Assembly: GCA_001949185.1 (NCBI GenBank)
Contig: BDGG01000014.1
Location: 1,395,378-1,459,377, forward strand
Length of the DNA: 64,000 nt
Reading direction: 5' to 3'
DNA from: Ramazzottius varieornatus
Taxonomy: Eukaryota; Animalia; Tardigrada
Shown: piece after piece, positions 15,287 to 27,275 of the stretch
Layout: each line of letters opens with the position of its first letter
Numbering within the stretch: the stretch's first letter is position 1
Notes under the pieces: model-generated
Database searches by the model: none
The model's input: the letters and a program-made list of their open reading frames with translations, nothing else
What the model was told of the DNA's origin: nothing
Position numbers and translations under genes: made by a program

Positions 15287-17165
15287 TCATTTTTCTTTGT
15301 AGATATAACTACTTATATGGCAAAACGCCCGAGACTTAAATTGCCGGCAACATGTTGGAAAGGACCTACCATAGTGCGACTTGATCTTGTGACCATGAAG
15401 AGAGGGTGAGGTCTGTTGGGAAGAAGAAAGAGGCTGGAAGGTCAGCAGCCAGCCACGTTTGGCTTGGCCGTGATAGTTGGAGTGGAAATGGACAATAAAG
15501 GTGGAAGCGTTGGGCAGAGCAATGACGCTGGATGTCAAGTCTGCAACGTTCCCAAAGAGGGTCGTCACGATGCCTTTGTCCAAGTTATCACCTGCAAGAC
15601 AAGAAGGCCAAGTTACAACAAAGAGCAAACATATGCTACTGCCTGAAATGGCAAACCTTGGGCAATAAGGAGATGGTCTTGCGATTGGTGGCCTTCCAAC
15701 TGTAGGTCGATGATGCGAAGGAGAGTGCCGCCCGGGGAACCACGAACCATCCAGGTCAGACGCTGGTTCAGCGGGTAATCCAAGGGATAGCCCGGGCTCT
15801 GCAGCACACCCGACCAACTTCTGACGACAACCGTCGAAGTATCTGCCAAAGACAAAGCAGCCTTATATCACACTGTACCAGGCCAAACAAATGGGAGACC
15901 ACATGCTAACCAACTTTGCCTGATGACGTCGTAATCGATTCGAAAGGCAGAGGCAGCAGATAGAGAATGCGAGACAAACTCGACCGAAGCGCGGGAAAGA
16001 CTATAAAGTGTCAGATCGCTGTCTGGCTGGCCGATGACAGGAATGATCTCTCGGTCCGTCGTGATGGTTAGCGAGTCATGCGGTGCTACCATAGTGGCAT
16101 GGCTGACGTGCAGTCGCACCAAGGTCTTATCGTTTTCAGCTTGGATGCGCCAGCGACACTTCTGTCAAGACAGAGAGCGGCGCACGCCTAAGTTGTTTGT
16201 TATTCTGGCAGATTAAGAGAAGAAGCTCTATGGATGTGAAAGTGACACTGGGCATGATCGTACCAGCTTATGGTCATAGCCTTGCGGTGAAGTGATACTC
16301 CCCGCTGCATCAGCCAGGAGGACAGCCTGCCTTGGGCAAGCGCCTGTCAGCAGACCATCGGTCTTGGAGGGTGGTGCTACGATGCTTTCATAGTGCAGTA
16401 CAAAGCCACCTTCTTCCACATCCTCATCGCTACAACCAAAAAAGAACCATGATGATGATGACACTCTTCCTTGTTCTTCTGCCCCAAAGACACAAGACAC
16501 ATGACTTGCCTATGGAAGAGCAGAGTGACTTGTCCAGTGCCAGCCAGGAAGGATGGGGGGATGTCTCGGCCACTGCTGGTCTGCATCTGCCGTACTTGCT
16601 TGCTGCTGCCTTCTTCGCTTATCTGCAGCCAGTCGTGGCCCTCTTCCAGCTGGAAGAAGCTGAACCACAGGCGTAAAGCAAAGCCTTGACTCTTCAGCGT
16701 CACATTGCAGTGGCGGTTGGCGGGGTAGGCCGTGGGGTAGGCTGGACTGCTGACTTGGCGGAGGGGACAGGAAGGTGGGCCGGCCAACAAGACGGCACCA
16801 CCCGTCTGACACATGACGGCGTGCCCACTGTCCTGCGGACAGGCAGTCGAACTCTCGACCGTCGAGACGTTCAAGTGCTCATATCGTAGAGCCTTCTTGC
16901 TGGGCTTTCGCCTAACTGCTCTCTCAGGCAGCTTATCGCCTATGCTTTCAGCCTTTACTGGACTAGCAGAGGAGGAGGAAGAACCCAATCTACCTGTACC
17001 AATGGCCTGCTTGGCTATCCGGCGTTCTGTCAACCCAGAAGCCAACTGAACTCAACCATCCATAGCGAAAAGAGGGGGAAGGACTTACCCGGTATATGTC
17101 GCAGATTGCCCTTGCGCGTGACAAGCCGTGACTGTATCCCGCCGTTATTTTGGCCACAAGTCCAG
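15287..17165 (-). CDS. Multi-CUB domain protein (about three degenerate CUB domains); ends approximate
   Basis: VSSPAYPTAYPANRHC..FQLEEGHDWLQI..GGFVLHY; GSITSPQGY..CRWRI..FRIDY; GVLQSPGYPLDYPLNQRLTW..VHFHSN..RGWLLTF. Confidence 0.78.
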
Positions 17166-18186
17166 TCTGCGTGAAACAAGAGCAAGGCTTCAACAATTGT
17201 CATGTATAAGACATGACAGTCCGCCACAGCTGCCCGCATTTTCCTTCTCTAACATGGGCCGATATCAATGACTATAAATCCCCCATGCTCAAATACAACA
17301 GCCCCGTCGATTTCAAGAAGCGGAAGTGTGCTTCTCATGGACGACTGGCTATAAATGGGGAGAGAGGCTTCGGCAGCCCGATATCCATTTCAAAATAAAC
17401 AAAAACCAGCGTTGAGAATCGGCACAGACAACAATGGGCATTTATGTGTGTATTAGTGGAAGGGACTTTAGTTTGTAGGCTTGATTGCCGTTGGAGATTA
17501 AATGTCGTGCATGTGAAGTGAGAAGTAAGGAACTGAGCTACCTGTCCGCCTGGGTCTACCAGCTTCAGCGGCGTTATGGCTGGGCCAGCGGACTTGGTCT
17601 TGAGAATGTCATCTGGCTAATGAGCAGATGTGTATACCAACGGTATAAGCGGGGGAGGGAAAGAGGCAGTCTGAGTGGTGGACATGAACTTTGCATAACA
17701 TAAGCCATTGCACTACCACCATATCCACTTCCGGCTAATACTGATAGCCTTCATTAGCAAACCAGTCAGTCTGCTGCTTAATAACTTTGCAGTGCTGGCC
17801 GGCAGACGACCTCTCATTATTAGCCCTTTGGAGCTGTAGCAAGAGGTAGCCCTAACCATGGCCCCTCGTGGCAGAGCACAAATGTACCTGGGCTGACTTT
17901 GCATGGTACGAGAGCTCTGTCACTTGGCTGGCTAGCACCAAGGTACTTGACAGCTTCAATGGGCAGCAGTCACTACAGCTGAACTTACATTGCGAAAAGC
18001 AGGCCTGGTGAGCTATGCCTATGCCTTATGAATGATGCCTGTAACTGCTACTAATTCCTCCCTCCCTCCATTGTTGTCATAAGCAGCTTGCACCGCCTCG
18101 TCGCACTTACAACGTATAATGTCGAAGGCCTTAGTCAATGTTGTGGTGACATCAGGTCCATCCATCCATGTACCTGTTGCCTCGCT

Positions 18187-19935
18187 ATGAAACTTCCCTT
18201 CTTCCTTATCCCATGGTTCACTTCTTGCAGTGTAGGACATGAAGCTGTAGCCTTTAACAGCACAAGCACCGACCTGCCTTTCTATCTAGATAACAGCAAT
18301 GGCGACCTACCTGCCTCAGCTTCCCAGGCTGCAGCTGCATTACAGCCAGCCCATCCATCCCTATCTTCCAACCTGGATATGGAGCTGGACACTTTCCTTT
18401 CGACGCTGCAGAACGACGATGTAGCCGCGGTCAGCGCCGCCTCCAAACTGCCTCCCATGGCTGGACCCTGCAACCTGACAGCCTGTCGACTACCACACTG
18501 TTACTGTGACGCTACCAACATCCCCGACGGCTTACCGCTCAACAATACACCACAGTTTATCCTAGTGGCCTTTGACGGAGCCATTAATATGCACAACTAT
18601 GACTTGTATCAGCAAATCTTCCATCAAGACAGAAAGAACCCCAATGGCTGTCCAATTCGCGCCACCTTCTTCCTCGTAAGTCGCTCTCTGTCATCACCAA
18701 AAAAGAAGACGATCAGCAAAGGCGCTTATATGATGTTTTCTCAAAACAGTCGCATCGGTGGACCGACTACAGTCATGTTCAAAATCTCTATGCCATGGGC
18801 CACGAAATTGCTCTGCGTGGAGTTGCGTAAGTAGGCGCCTGCTATGATACCTTTAAGCCTTGAAGAGTCCCCATAGTAATTGTGTGGACTTACTGTATGA
18901 TCAGGCTGACTGGGGACGAGGCAAATGCCACTTACGAGAACTTTGCCGAAGACATTGTGGCACTGCAGCAGATCGCCAAGAACTTTGCCGATGTTCGTCC
19001 TGAAGATGTGGTGGGCATGCGTGCGCCGTACCTAAAGACCGAAGGCGATGGTAAGTCAACCGATGGCAATCAGAATTATATGGCCTGTCAGGGGCGTACA
19101 AGACCTCCCTGTGCCTACAGACCAGTTCCTGGCGGCCTACGACAGCAAGCTGCTGTACGACACATCCATCCTCAATCCCTCCGTCAAGCCCTTGTGGCCC
19201 TTCACCCTAGACTACGCTCTACCCTTTACCTGTCCACCATGGGCACCACGCTGTCCCTTGCTGTCCTATCCCGGCTTGTGGGAGATTCCCGTCACCCGTC
19301 TCATTGGTCCAGCCGGCGTTCCTTATGGCTTTTACACCGCCTACGAGTTTAGCAAAAACCCCATTGAAATCGCCCAAGTGCTGATGAAGGTAACAGCTAA
19401 GGTTGCTTGGTGGACAGCCTATATATTCTTTGCTGCATGCACAATCTGCTCATTACAGTTCCTGCAAGGACACTACACAAGCAACCGAGCGCCCTTGACC
19501 CTCAACGGCTTGTCCTACTGGCTGGCTACAGCCGAATACCGTCTGGGCTTCGAGCTCTTCCTGGAACAAGCCTTGCAGCTGCCCGATGTCTGGTTCGTGA
19601 CCAGTAGTCAGTTGATTCACTGGATGCAGCGACCAGCCGGCCTGGACAGCATCAATGACTTTGAGGCGCTACAATGTCCAGCGGAGCATCGGCGACCCGA
19701 CGTCGACCTGTGCCAAACGCCGCGCTCCTGTAAGACCTACCTGGAGGGGGAGGAAATCTACTTTGCCACCTGCAGGCGCTGTCCCTTCACCTTCCCCTGG
19801 ACAGGCAACTACAATGGCTGCTTCAATGATCCCTGTCCAACGCCCGTTGTTGAGTATATCGACACTGCTGACTCCAATACTCTCCATGCTCTCTTCCTTC
19901 TTTTCTCCCTCCTCATAACAATTGCTCATTATTAA
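18187..19935 (+). CDS. Chitin deacetylase-like protein (CE4/NodB fold, Cda5-like); 5' end uncertain
   Basis: CRLPHCYC, PQFILVAFDGAIN, NPNGCPIRATFF, GHEIAL, GMRAPYL, WPFTLDY, GLWEIP, NRAP, PDVWFVT, and a hydrophobic C-terminus. Confidence 0.88.
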
Positions 19936-20773
19936 GAAACAAGTGAAAGAAAGCACAGTTGCCATTCCAGTAAAACAAATTGCCTACCGTAGAGTAAATG
20001 TTCTTGGCCTTCATTCACAACGACTAATATCGACAGCGTTGTACATAAGGGTACGCCGACGTCAGCCATGCCGCCATGGAGAGGAACACGTAGATGGCGC
20101 CAAGAGCTGCATGGCTTGCAGCCTATACACGCAAGTCAAGTAACAGTCGACACTATCATGACCTGTCTTTTTCTGATCTTTCTCTTCTCCATCGTCAGCG
20201 GAAGCTGATCAATAGGCGGCCTGGTACTCTCCGTTCCTACTCTGTATCCTCGAAAGACGGGTGAAAGACGGATGGCGCTGAGTCAGCGGAAGGCAAGTCA
20301 CGCCATCATCAGCTTAAATTCCAGCTCCTGTAAGGACAGCCGTCAAGAGCTCGACCAGCCCATCAATAAGAGACAGCCCGGCATTAGCAGAGAAAACAAT
20401 CTGGGCTCAAGTGATGCGCTGCTACAATCTTTACGGGCTTGCTGGCTCTTCGCCGGATTGCATGTCAAATTGCATTATGGTGATGGAATGGCCCAGATGT
20501 TGCGCTAGCTGCAGCCACTATCCCTCCCTATATAACCTCCCCAACTATCGATCCGTTTCATACCCTTATTATCTTCCTCACAGCAGCAGACCGTCTTCAA
20601 GCCGACTAATAAAGCCTGCCTGTTCCCAACCCCACCGTTATAGAAATCATCAGGCATTTTCTCATCGCTAAGGATCCTCTTGGTTCCATTTCTCTCTCGA
20701 CTGCCAACATGAAGTGAATGATCAGAAGCATCCGGCCGAATAGTCCGCCAACCTTCCAAAGGAACACTACGTG

Positions 20774-22873
20774 ATGGGGCGTGTTAAGAACCTGGAGATT
20801 GTCCTGTCGGGTAATCGCAGCGTTTTCCAGGGAGGCGAGACTGTCCGCGGCAAGCTCATTATCGAAGTGGAGAAAGCCTTCAAGGTGCGATGGGTGCGCT
20901 TAACGCTACACGGAATGGCCCGCGTCCACTGGACAGGTAACGTGGCAGACCTGCTTCGCTGCTATAAGCCCAAGGGATTAATTGTGACTCTTTCTCTGTA
21001 GATTCGCGCAATACCGGGGCTCGTCTCGGCGGTTACGGCATGCTCTATCGAGAGAACCTTTCGGCGGAAGTCGAGTACGTCAATAAGAAGATTGTCCTCT
21101 TGGGAAGTGAAACGGGTGAAGCCCGCGAAACCCTCAATGAAGGACGCCACGAGCATCGCTTCACCTTTACACTGCCACAAAAGTAAGCCGAACTTTCCTC
21201 CGGGCATCCATCCCGGAAGAGTGCGCAAAGTGATATGGGCAATGTTCTTTGATTAGTGCCGTGGCGACGAGCTTCGAAGGCAAGTATGGCAATATTCGCT
21301 ATTGGCTAAAGGCCGAACTGGGCAAACCCTGGGCCTTTGCCTACAAAAGCAAGAAGCCGCTGACGGTCATCTCGCCCATCGACATCAACAAGCACGAATA
21401 CATGGTTCCTGTTGAGGCTGCCCTGGAGAAGAACATTTACTGCTGGTCCTGCATCACCGCGCCAGTCAGTGCCGAGATACGTACTGATCGACGAGTAAGA
21501 TCTCCTGCTGACATTTCTAGCCAATCTCTGAACTACATACGGTACACGTACGTCACAGCATACAAGGCCTCTTCACGTCATTGCAGGGTTACTGTCCAGG
21601 TGAGTCCATCGCCATTAGTGCCCTTTTCAACAACGGCACCAGAAGGAATGTCATCCCTCATGCATCGTAAGTCTCAAATTACTACGCCGCCTTCTCAGCA
21701 CTCCACTAAGTGAAGCTCTTTCTGACCTAGCTTGTATCAAGTGCAGTCCTTCAATGCCGACGGCAAGTCCCGCAAGCGAGCCATCAAATTAACCACTGTC
21801 TCTGGAGTCTCTATTCCGCCGGGCGAAATCTCATACTGGGATTCTCAACTGCTGAAAATTCCCCCAGTAATCGTCCATGGCATTTCATACTATTCGACCT
21901 TGTAATTGAGGAATAACATTGTAGGTGAGCCCATCCATCACCAACTGCCGTCTGATAAAGGTGGACTACCTTGTCGAAGTAAGCACGACACGCCATCCTC
22001 ACTAAGCTCTCCTGGCCCGACGTCATCCTTGTTTGTTCTTGCAGATTTCCCTGCAAATACCCGGAGCATGCAATGTGCATGCCGACTTGCCTATCGTCAT
22101 CGGCACCGTACCGTGCCGTCGACCGCGCCCCCGTCTTGCCAACCTGTCCTCCATAATTGTTCACGCGCCTCACTCGGAAACACCACACCTTCGACCAGCG
22201 GGGCCACCTTCATACCAAGATCTTGACGAGGAACTGCCTTACGAAGGTACAGACTAACAGGCTCAAACATCATAGACAGCTTCGCACCCCAATGCGCGTG
22301 ACGTTTCCACATGAAGCTCTAGCTCGATATTATCTAGTGCGACACGTACCTGAATATGTTATCACGGCTCTCTTCTTGCTGTAGCTCCTCCAACCTACGC
22401 AGAGTGTATCGGTGGACCTGTTAATATACTAGACGATGAAGATGATGAGGGACAAGTTTTCGGCATCACATCGTAAGTTAGCCCACATATTTTCCATGGA
22501 ACGAAACAGCACGCTGACATTCTCACTTAACTTCCATCAAGCTTCGATCTGCAGATTCGTCAACATGTTTCCATACGTGTACGAGCATCCCAATTATGTT
22601 CCTCCCCCTGCCTACGATGACACCGAGGCCCACAACGTTCCTTTCGGTCCCACGGCCCCAGACACGGATCTTGACGGAATAGAGTTTAGCAGCTGTCCGG
22701 CCACAAGGCAACCGGAAGTCGAGGACGACGATGAACTGGACTCTGATCTGGAGAGTCATTTTCCGGTGACGTTGTGCCATGCACGCTACCTAGGCCTTAC
22801 CGAGCCCAATGGAAATCCTCGCCGGCCTTCCGATGAATCTATAACATTGTCAGACTTCATGACTATCATATAG
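20774..22873 (+). CDS. Alpha-arrestin (arrestin domain-containing protein, ARRDC3/4-like), multi-exon
   Basis: FQGGETVRG, GMARVHWT, HRFTFTLP, SFEGKYGNIRY, RRGYCPGE, LPIVIGTVP, and tail PPxY motifs PPSY, PPTY and PPAY. Confidence 0.9.
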
Positions 22874-23753
22874 CCAACGTCTCGACTAAGATCAGTAGAA
22901 GCAACGTTTTTGAACTTACATGATTTTCTTTTCTTGCCTAAGATCGCTCAACTTACTGTATCCGCTCTTTGCACTTGACGTCCCTTCGCTCCTCTTCCCG
23001 GTGACAAATATAAACCATGAACGAGCCAAGGTCGAGTTTGAAATCTGTAAGCAATAGAACCAACTGATGCAAACTGAAACGTGAGAGCCTCATGATCCCA
23101 CAACTGACAATCCCCACTTCCGGTCGGCGGGCGCGTACAAACGAGATATACGGGTGATGTCATGTCATATCCAACTCATTGTACTCAGTACTTACGCCTA
23201 CGAGTCCTGAAATACTCGATCAGGTGCAGTCGTTGAATTCTACTTTTTATCCGACTTAGATGCATCCCTCTACACGCCATCAACACAGTCCAAAGCCTGT
23301 ATGGCAAGATCAACGTCAAAGACAGCGCGACGCAAACAGCAAGTACCGACAACACCGCAGGAGTACAAGTCAAGATGGCCGACGCATGCACCTCCTGTCG
23401 GCCTCCACCCTTCCATAATTCATTTCAAATTTTGCAGATCAAAGAATTTTCTTCCCATAATCTCTGCCGCATCCTTTCGCACGTCTCTGGTCATCTTCTC
23501 CCGTCGTCATCAACGTTTCGAATCGACGTCTGTAAGTGTTACGGGCGACCATATCGCTCCGCGTGGCTTTCTGGTGTACTGTGCTTGCGGGGTAAGACGA
23601 TTGTAACTGGTGAGTTTGCGCCGCTTGGTATAATTTCCGTATATCTTGACCGGCTCGTACACTATATGTAAACCACGAATGTCCTGACTTGATGTACGGT
23701 TGCGCTCAGAATTTAGCGTGCTCTTCTTTCCTGTGCAGGCTTGATCGTGGAAG

Positions 23754-25149
23754 ATGCCTAGCCAGTGTGTTGCATGGAACTGTACGACGCGTCGTCGAGG
23801 AGATGAGACGGATGATCAGACCATTACTTTCCATTCCTTCCCGTTGTCCAAGCCGGAGCTGTTGGCTAAATGGCTAGAACAGATGGGAGAAACGCGCTGG
23901 AAGCCGCAACGTGGCTCGGTCTTATGCTCCAAGCACTTTGATCGTGACTGCTTTTTGCAGAACTACGCTACTCCTCGACTGAAGCCAGCAGCCATCCCCA
24001 CCCATTTTGATCGTCGTCCCAACCCTGACGCCTTAGTTGACTTGGACAAGCGCGCTGCTGATCGTTACGATACCTACCTGCGATCTCCGGCCGGCCAGCA
24101 GCGCTCAGCTGCGCTGAATAACCGTCTGCGTGGACGTAAGCCGCTCCGCCGTTACGATCCAGAGGAAGAAGTGAGCAACATGCGACAGCTACTGGACGAC
24201 GAACGAACAAAACGACGAGAGCTGGAACAGGAAATTTATAAGCTTCGTCAGGAGAAGTCGGAAATGACGGCCAAAATGGTTTGCTTCTTCTAATCCCTTG
24301 TAGCAATTGCTCATACCTTCTGTGGATGTCTCGCACTCCTGTTCTCTTCTCTTGCTTGTAGAACAAGCTAGAGCAAGCCAAAACAAAGCCGAATATCCCT
24401 CAAAGCATCATTCCCATTCTCGTCGATGCTATGGTAAGATTTCATTGAGACGTAATCGCACCACTGATGTCCTGCTGAACCGTCCATTGCCGAATGCTGG
24501 ATTGATTGTCAATCAACAGTGAATCGGACTTGGGCCATGTTATGTTATTATGTTATGTCATACAGATGTCCTCGATTACTGTAATGTAATGTGATACTGC
24601 AATGAGCTACTAGGTGATACAGTCATGTCAGTTGCACAGGGCGTTGTAACTTGCAAGAGCAAGTCGCATGTCTTCACAAGTTCCTTAGATGGTTTCTCTT
24701 GGGCAGGCTAAAGGCGTAGACCCGTTAAAGAAGGCTCCCGTCATCAGCACAACGAAACGGAGCTTTGTCAGCAGTCCTCGGGTTCCCGTTCGCAGCACTA
24801 TCGCCAGCGCTTCACCAGTAGTCAGACCGCCACCACGCAAAGTTCAGCGTACTCAAAATGGCGATGTTAGTGGCGAAGGCGGCAGCGCTTCCAAGGTATG
24901 TTATACTTATACAGCACAGCATATTCTCTGTAAGCCTTGGTTGGTTTGAAGGTGGTGTTGCAATTGCCACAACAGTTGGTGGATAATAACAGCAAATCCG
25001 TTTCCTTCCTCGTTCCTGTCTCGTCGGCCAGCACCAGCGATACTCCAGTCACCTCGGACTCGACCATGGATGTGGGCACTAGCGAAGCAGACGAAACGGC
25101 AGCTGCTACGGATAGTATTGCTGAAGCAGATAGTGGTGTTCCAGCCTAA
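23754..25149 (+). CDS. THAP domain protein with coiled coil and disordered tail
   Basis: MPSQCVAWNC...FHSFP..W..LCSKHF...AIPT (C2CH THAP zinc finger). Downstream exons inferred at ~24690-24895 and ~24953-25149. Confidence 0.85.
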
Positions 25150-25441
25150 ACTTCCATGGCTTCGTCGTTATATGCGTTTCAAACTAAGTTCAACTTTCGT
25201 CGACTGCCCATCTTTTCTCTCTGTATGTACACTGTCCTTTCTTACGACAATTTTGTTTGTATTGTTGATCCGGCAGTTGTTATCATGCAGGTTAAATATT
25301 TCCATAAAGGTAGTCTGTAGCCATAAAGGGGATGAGATAAGTTCTGTGGGTGCTGACTAGAAATCAAAAGTGAGGATTGAAAGGAAATGCTCGGGAGTGT
25401 TGCGTGGCTGTAGTGGAACTGCAAAGTCTCTTTAAGTCTCT

Positions 25442-27275
25442 TTAATAGTAATCGTTGTGTGGCGAAGGAGACATGCCGGCAATGTGTTCATTAGGTGCGG
25501 CCTGAGGTGGGTACGAGGTGCTGCTAGAGTTGTGAGGGAAAGTGGGCGACAAAGAGGCGGCATGCAGTGCCGAGGAGGGAGGACTGTGGGGCAGCATGTC
25601 GCTGGACTGTGGGCTAGCCGCAGCGGCCATCATGTCTCCGTTACGCAAACTAGCATCTTGCTTCATCATGCTACGACGATACTTTGCTCGCGCATTTTGA
25701 AACCAGACCTGTAGGTACAAAGCTGCTGGCAATTAACATGGTACAGAGACCAGCTGTTACTGGCTGTAAGAGGATGGAGACGGACCTGCAGTACGCGTTT
25801 GGTCAAGCCAGTCTTCTGGGCTAATTGCTTGAGGTCCTTGGCGTCGGGGTTGTGGTTGATCTGAAAGTACTGCTTCATGGCCCGTAGCTGCTGATGTTTG
25901 AAGCTGGTTCGCATCCGTTTGGCCCGATGATGCTGGCTGGAGGTGGGCGAGGACGAGTCGGGCCGTGGTGGATGGCCCATCGATATCTGCAGCGGCGTCA
26001 TCTGGCGGCAGGACATGATGGACGATGTTATCATGACTGAAGCTGATCCTTCGGCCGACGACTCGTCGGAACCTGCTCAAGAACCCAAGACACATCATTG
26101 CTCTGCCATGTCCAGTTGTAAGTCGTCAACTATTACCCTTGGTCATTTCTTACTGGTGTTATAAGAGAGAGGTAAGTTTTGAGCATCGATGTAGTTATCG
26201 AGCAGTGGACGCTGTTCCTGCACCGAAGCCATGAAGCTTTCAACAGCGCCAACCTGATGCTGATGTTCCATGGCTTGGGGGTCAAAGGATGCAGGCAAGT
26301 TTTTGCCTCGTTGGCGACCTCGCCTCTTCTTGGCGCTAGTGGGCCGTCCAATCTGCTCCTTGTCCTGATGTTGGCCGAGGAAAGGCGAGGTGAAGGGAGG
26401 AGAGATGCGGTGACCGGCCGGTAATTGGTGCAGAGCAGCAGAAGGCAACGAGGGCAAGTGCTGCTGACAGTAGACTGCTCCGTCGTTACGCATGCCAAAC
26501 TGATCTCCGGTCCGTAGCATGCGGCTGCACAGACAGCAACGAAAACACTCCAGATGATACAGCAAATCTTCATCCTTCTTCTGTCCATTGCCGCCGATGC
26601 GCATCACCAGTTCGTCGGCATTTATTGTGACGTTACAGACGCTGCATACCGTTGGCCCACTACGGCAACGTCTGTAATTAGACAAATCCCATGTAGATAT
26701 GGACACGCACGAAATAATTATGGACAGCAGAGATCAATTCAGTAACAAGCGGAGAAACTGTACATTGCAAAGGGGAAAATGGCAGAAGGAAAGAGCTCGT
26801 CCCGCAAACTTCACTTTTCAAAACCAAGTTGACTCTGTTCGTTAAGCTTATGGAGAAAAGGCAGTACTGTACGTAGGTGAGGAAAGGTCACCAGTGAACA
26901 ACCGCGCAATGTGTTGGCCGAATTAAGCTGATGATCGACTATTATAATAGTAAATGCTTACTTGATGTAATCGTCTTTGCAAAGGATGCGTCCATCTTTG
27001 TAATAGCAGCTAATCTGGCAATCCAAATTCTGGGAGCAAGCCTGGCATTTCAGGCAGTGGCAATGCCAAGCTTCATGGGCCACCGACAGGAAAAACTGGT
27101 CATAGATGGCTGCGTGACAGCCGGCACAGAAGGCCGTCGTTCTTCCTTGCGGCTTTTCGTAGCACAAGTCTTGCGAAGCACCATCGGCATCCCTCATCGA
27201 AGACTGCGACAGGCTAAAATTGCCCTTGGACTGACCACTCAAGACATGTAGATGTTCACTCTCCAGTATGGGCAT
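25442..27275 (-). CDS. ap: LIM-homeobox protein Apterous / Lhx2/9
   Basis: Two LIM domains (CAGC..WHCHCLKC..C..CKDD; CSVC..YHLECFRC..C..CQQH) and the homeodomain KRMRTSFKHQQLRAMKQYFQINHNPDAKDLKQLAQKTGLTKRVLQVWFQNARAKYRR. Confidence 0.94.

Noticed and set aside
23754-25149. THAP gene as a P-element transposase
   Set aside because: No catalytic transposase domain or TIRs follow the THAP finger.
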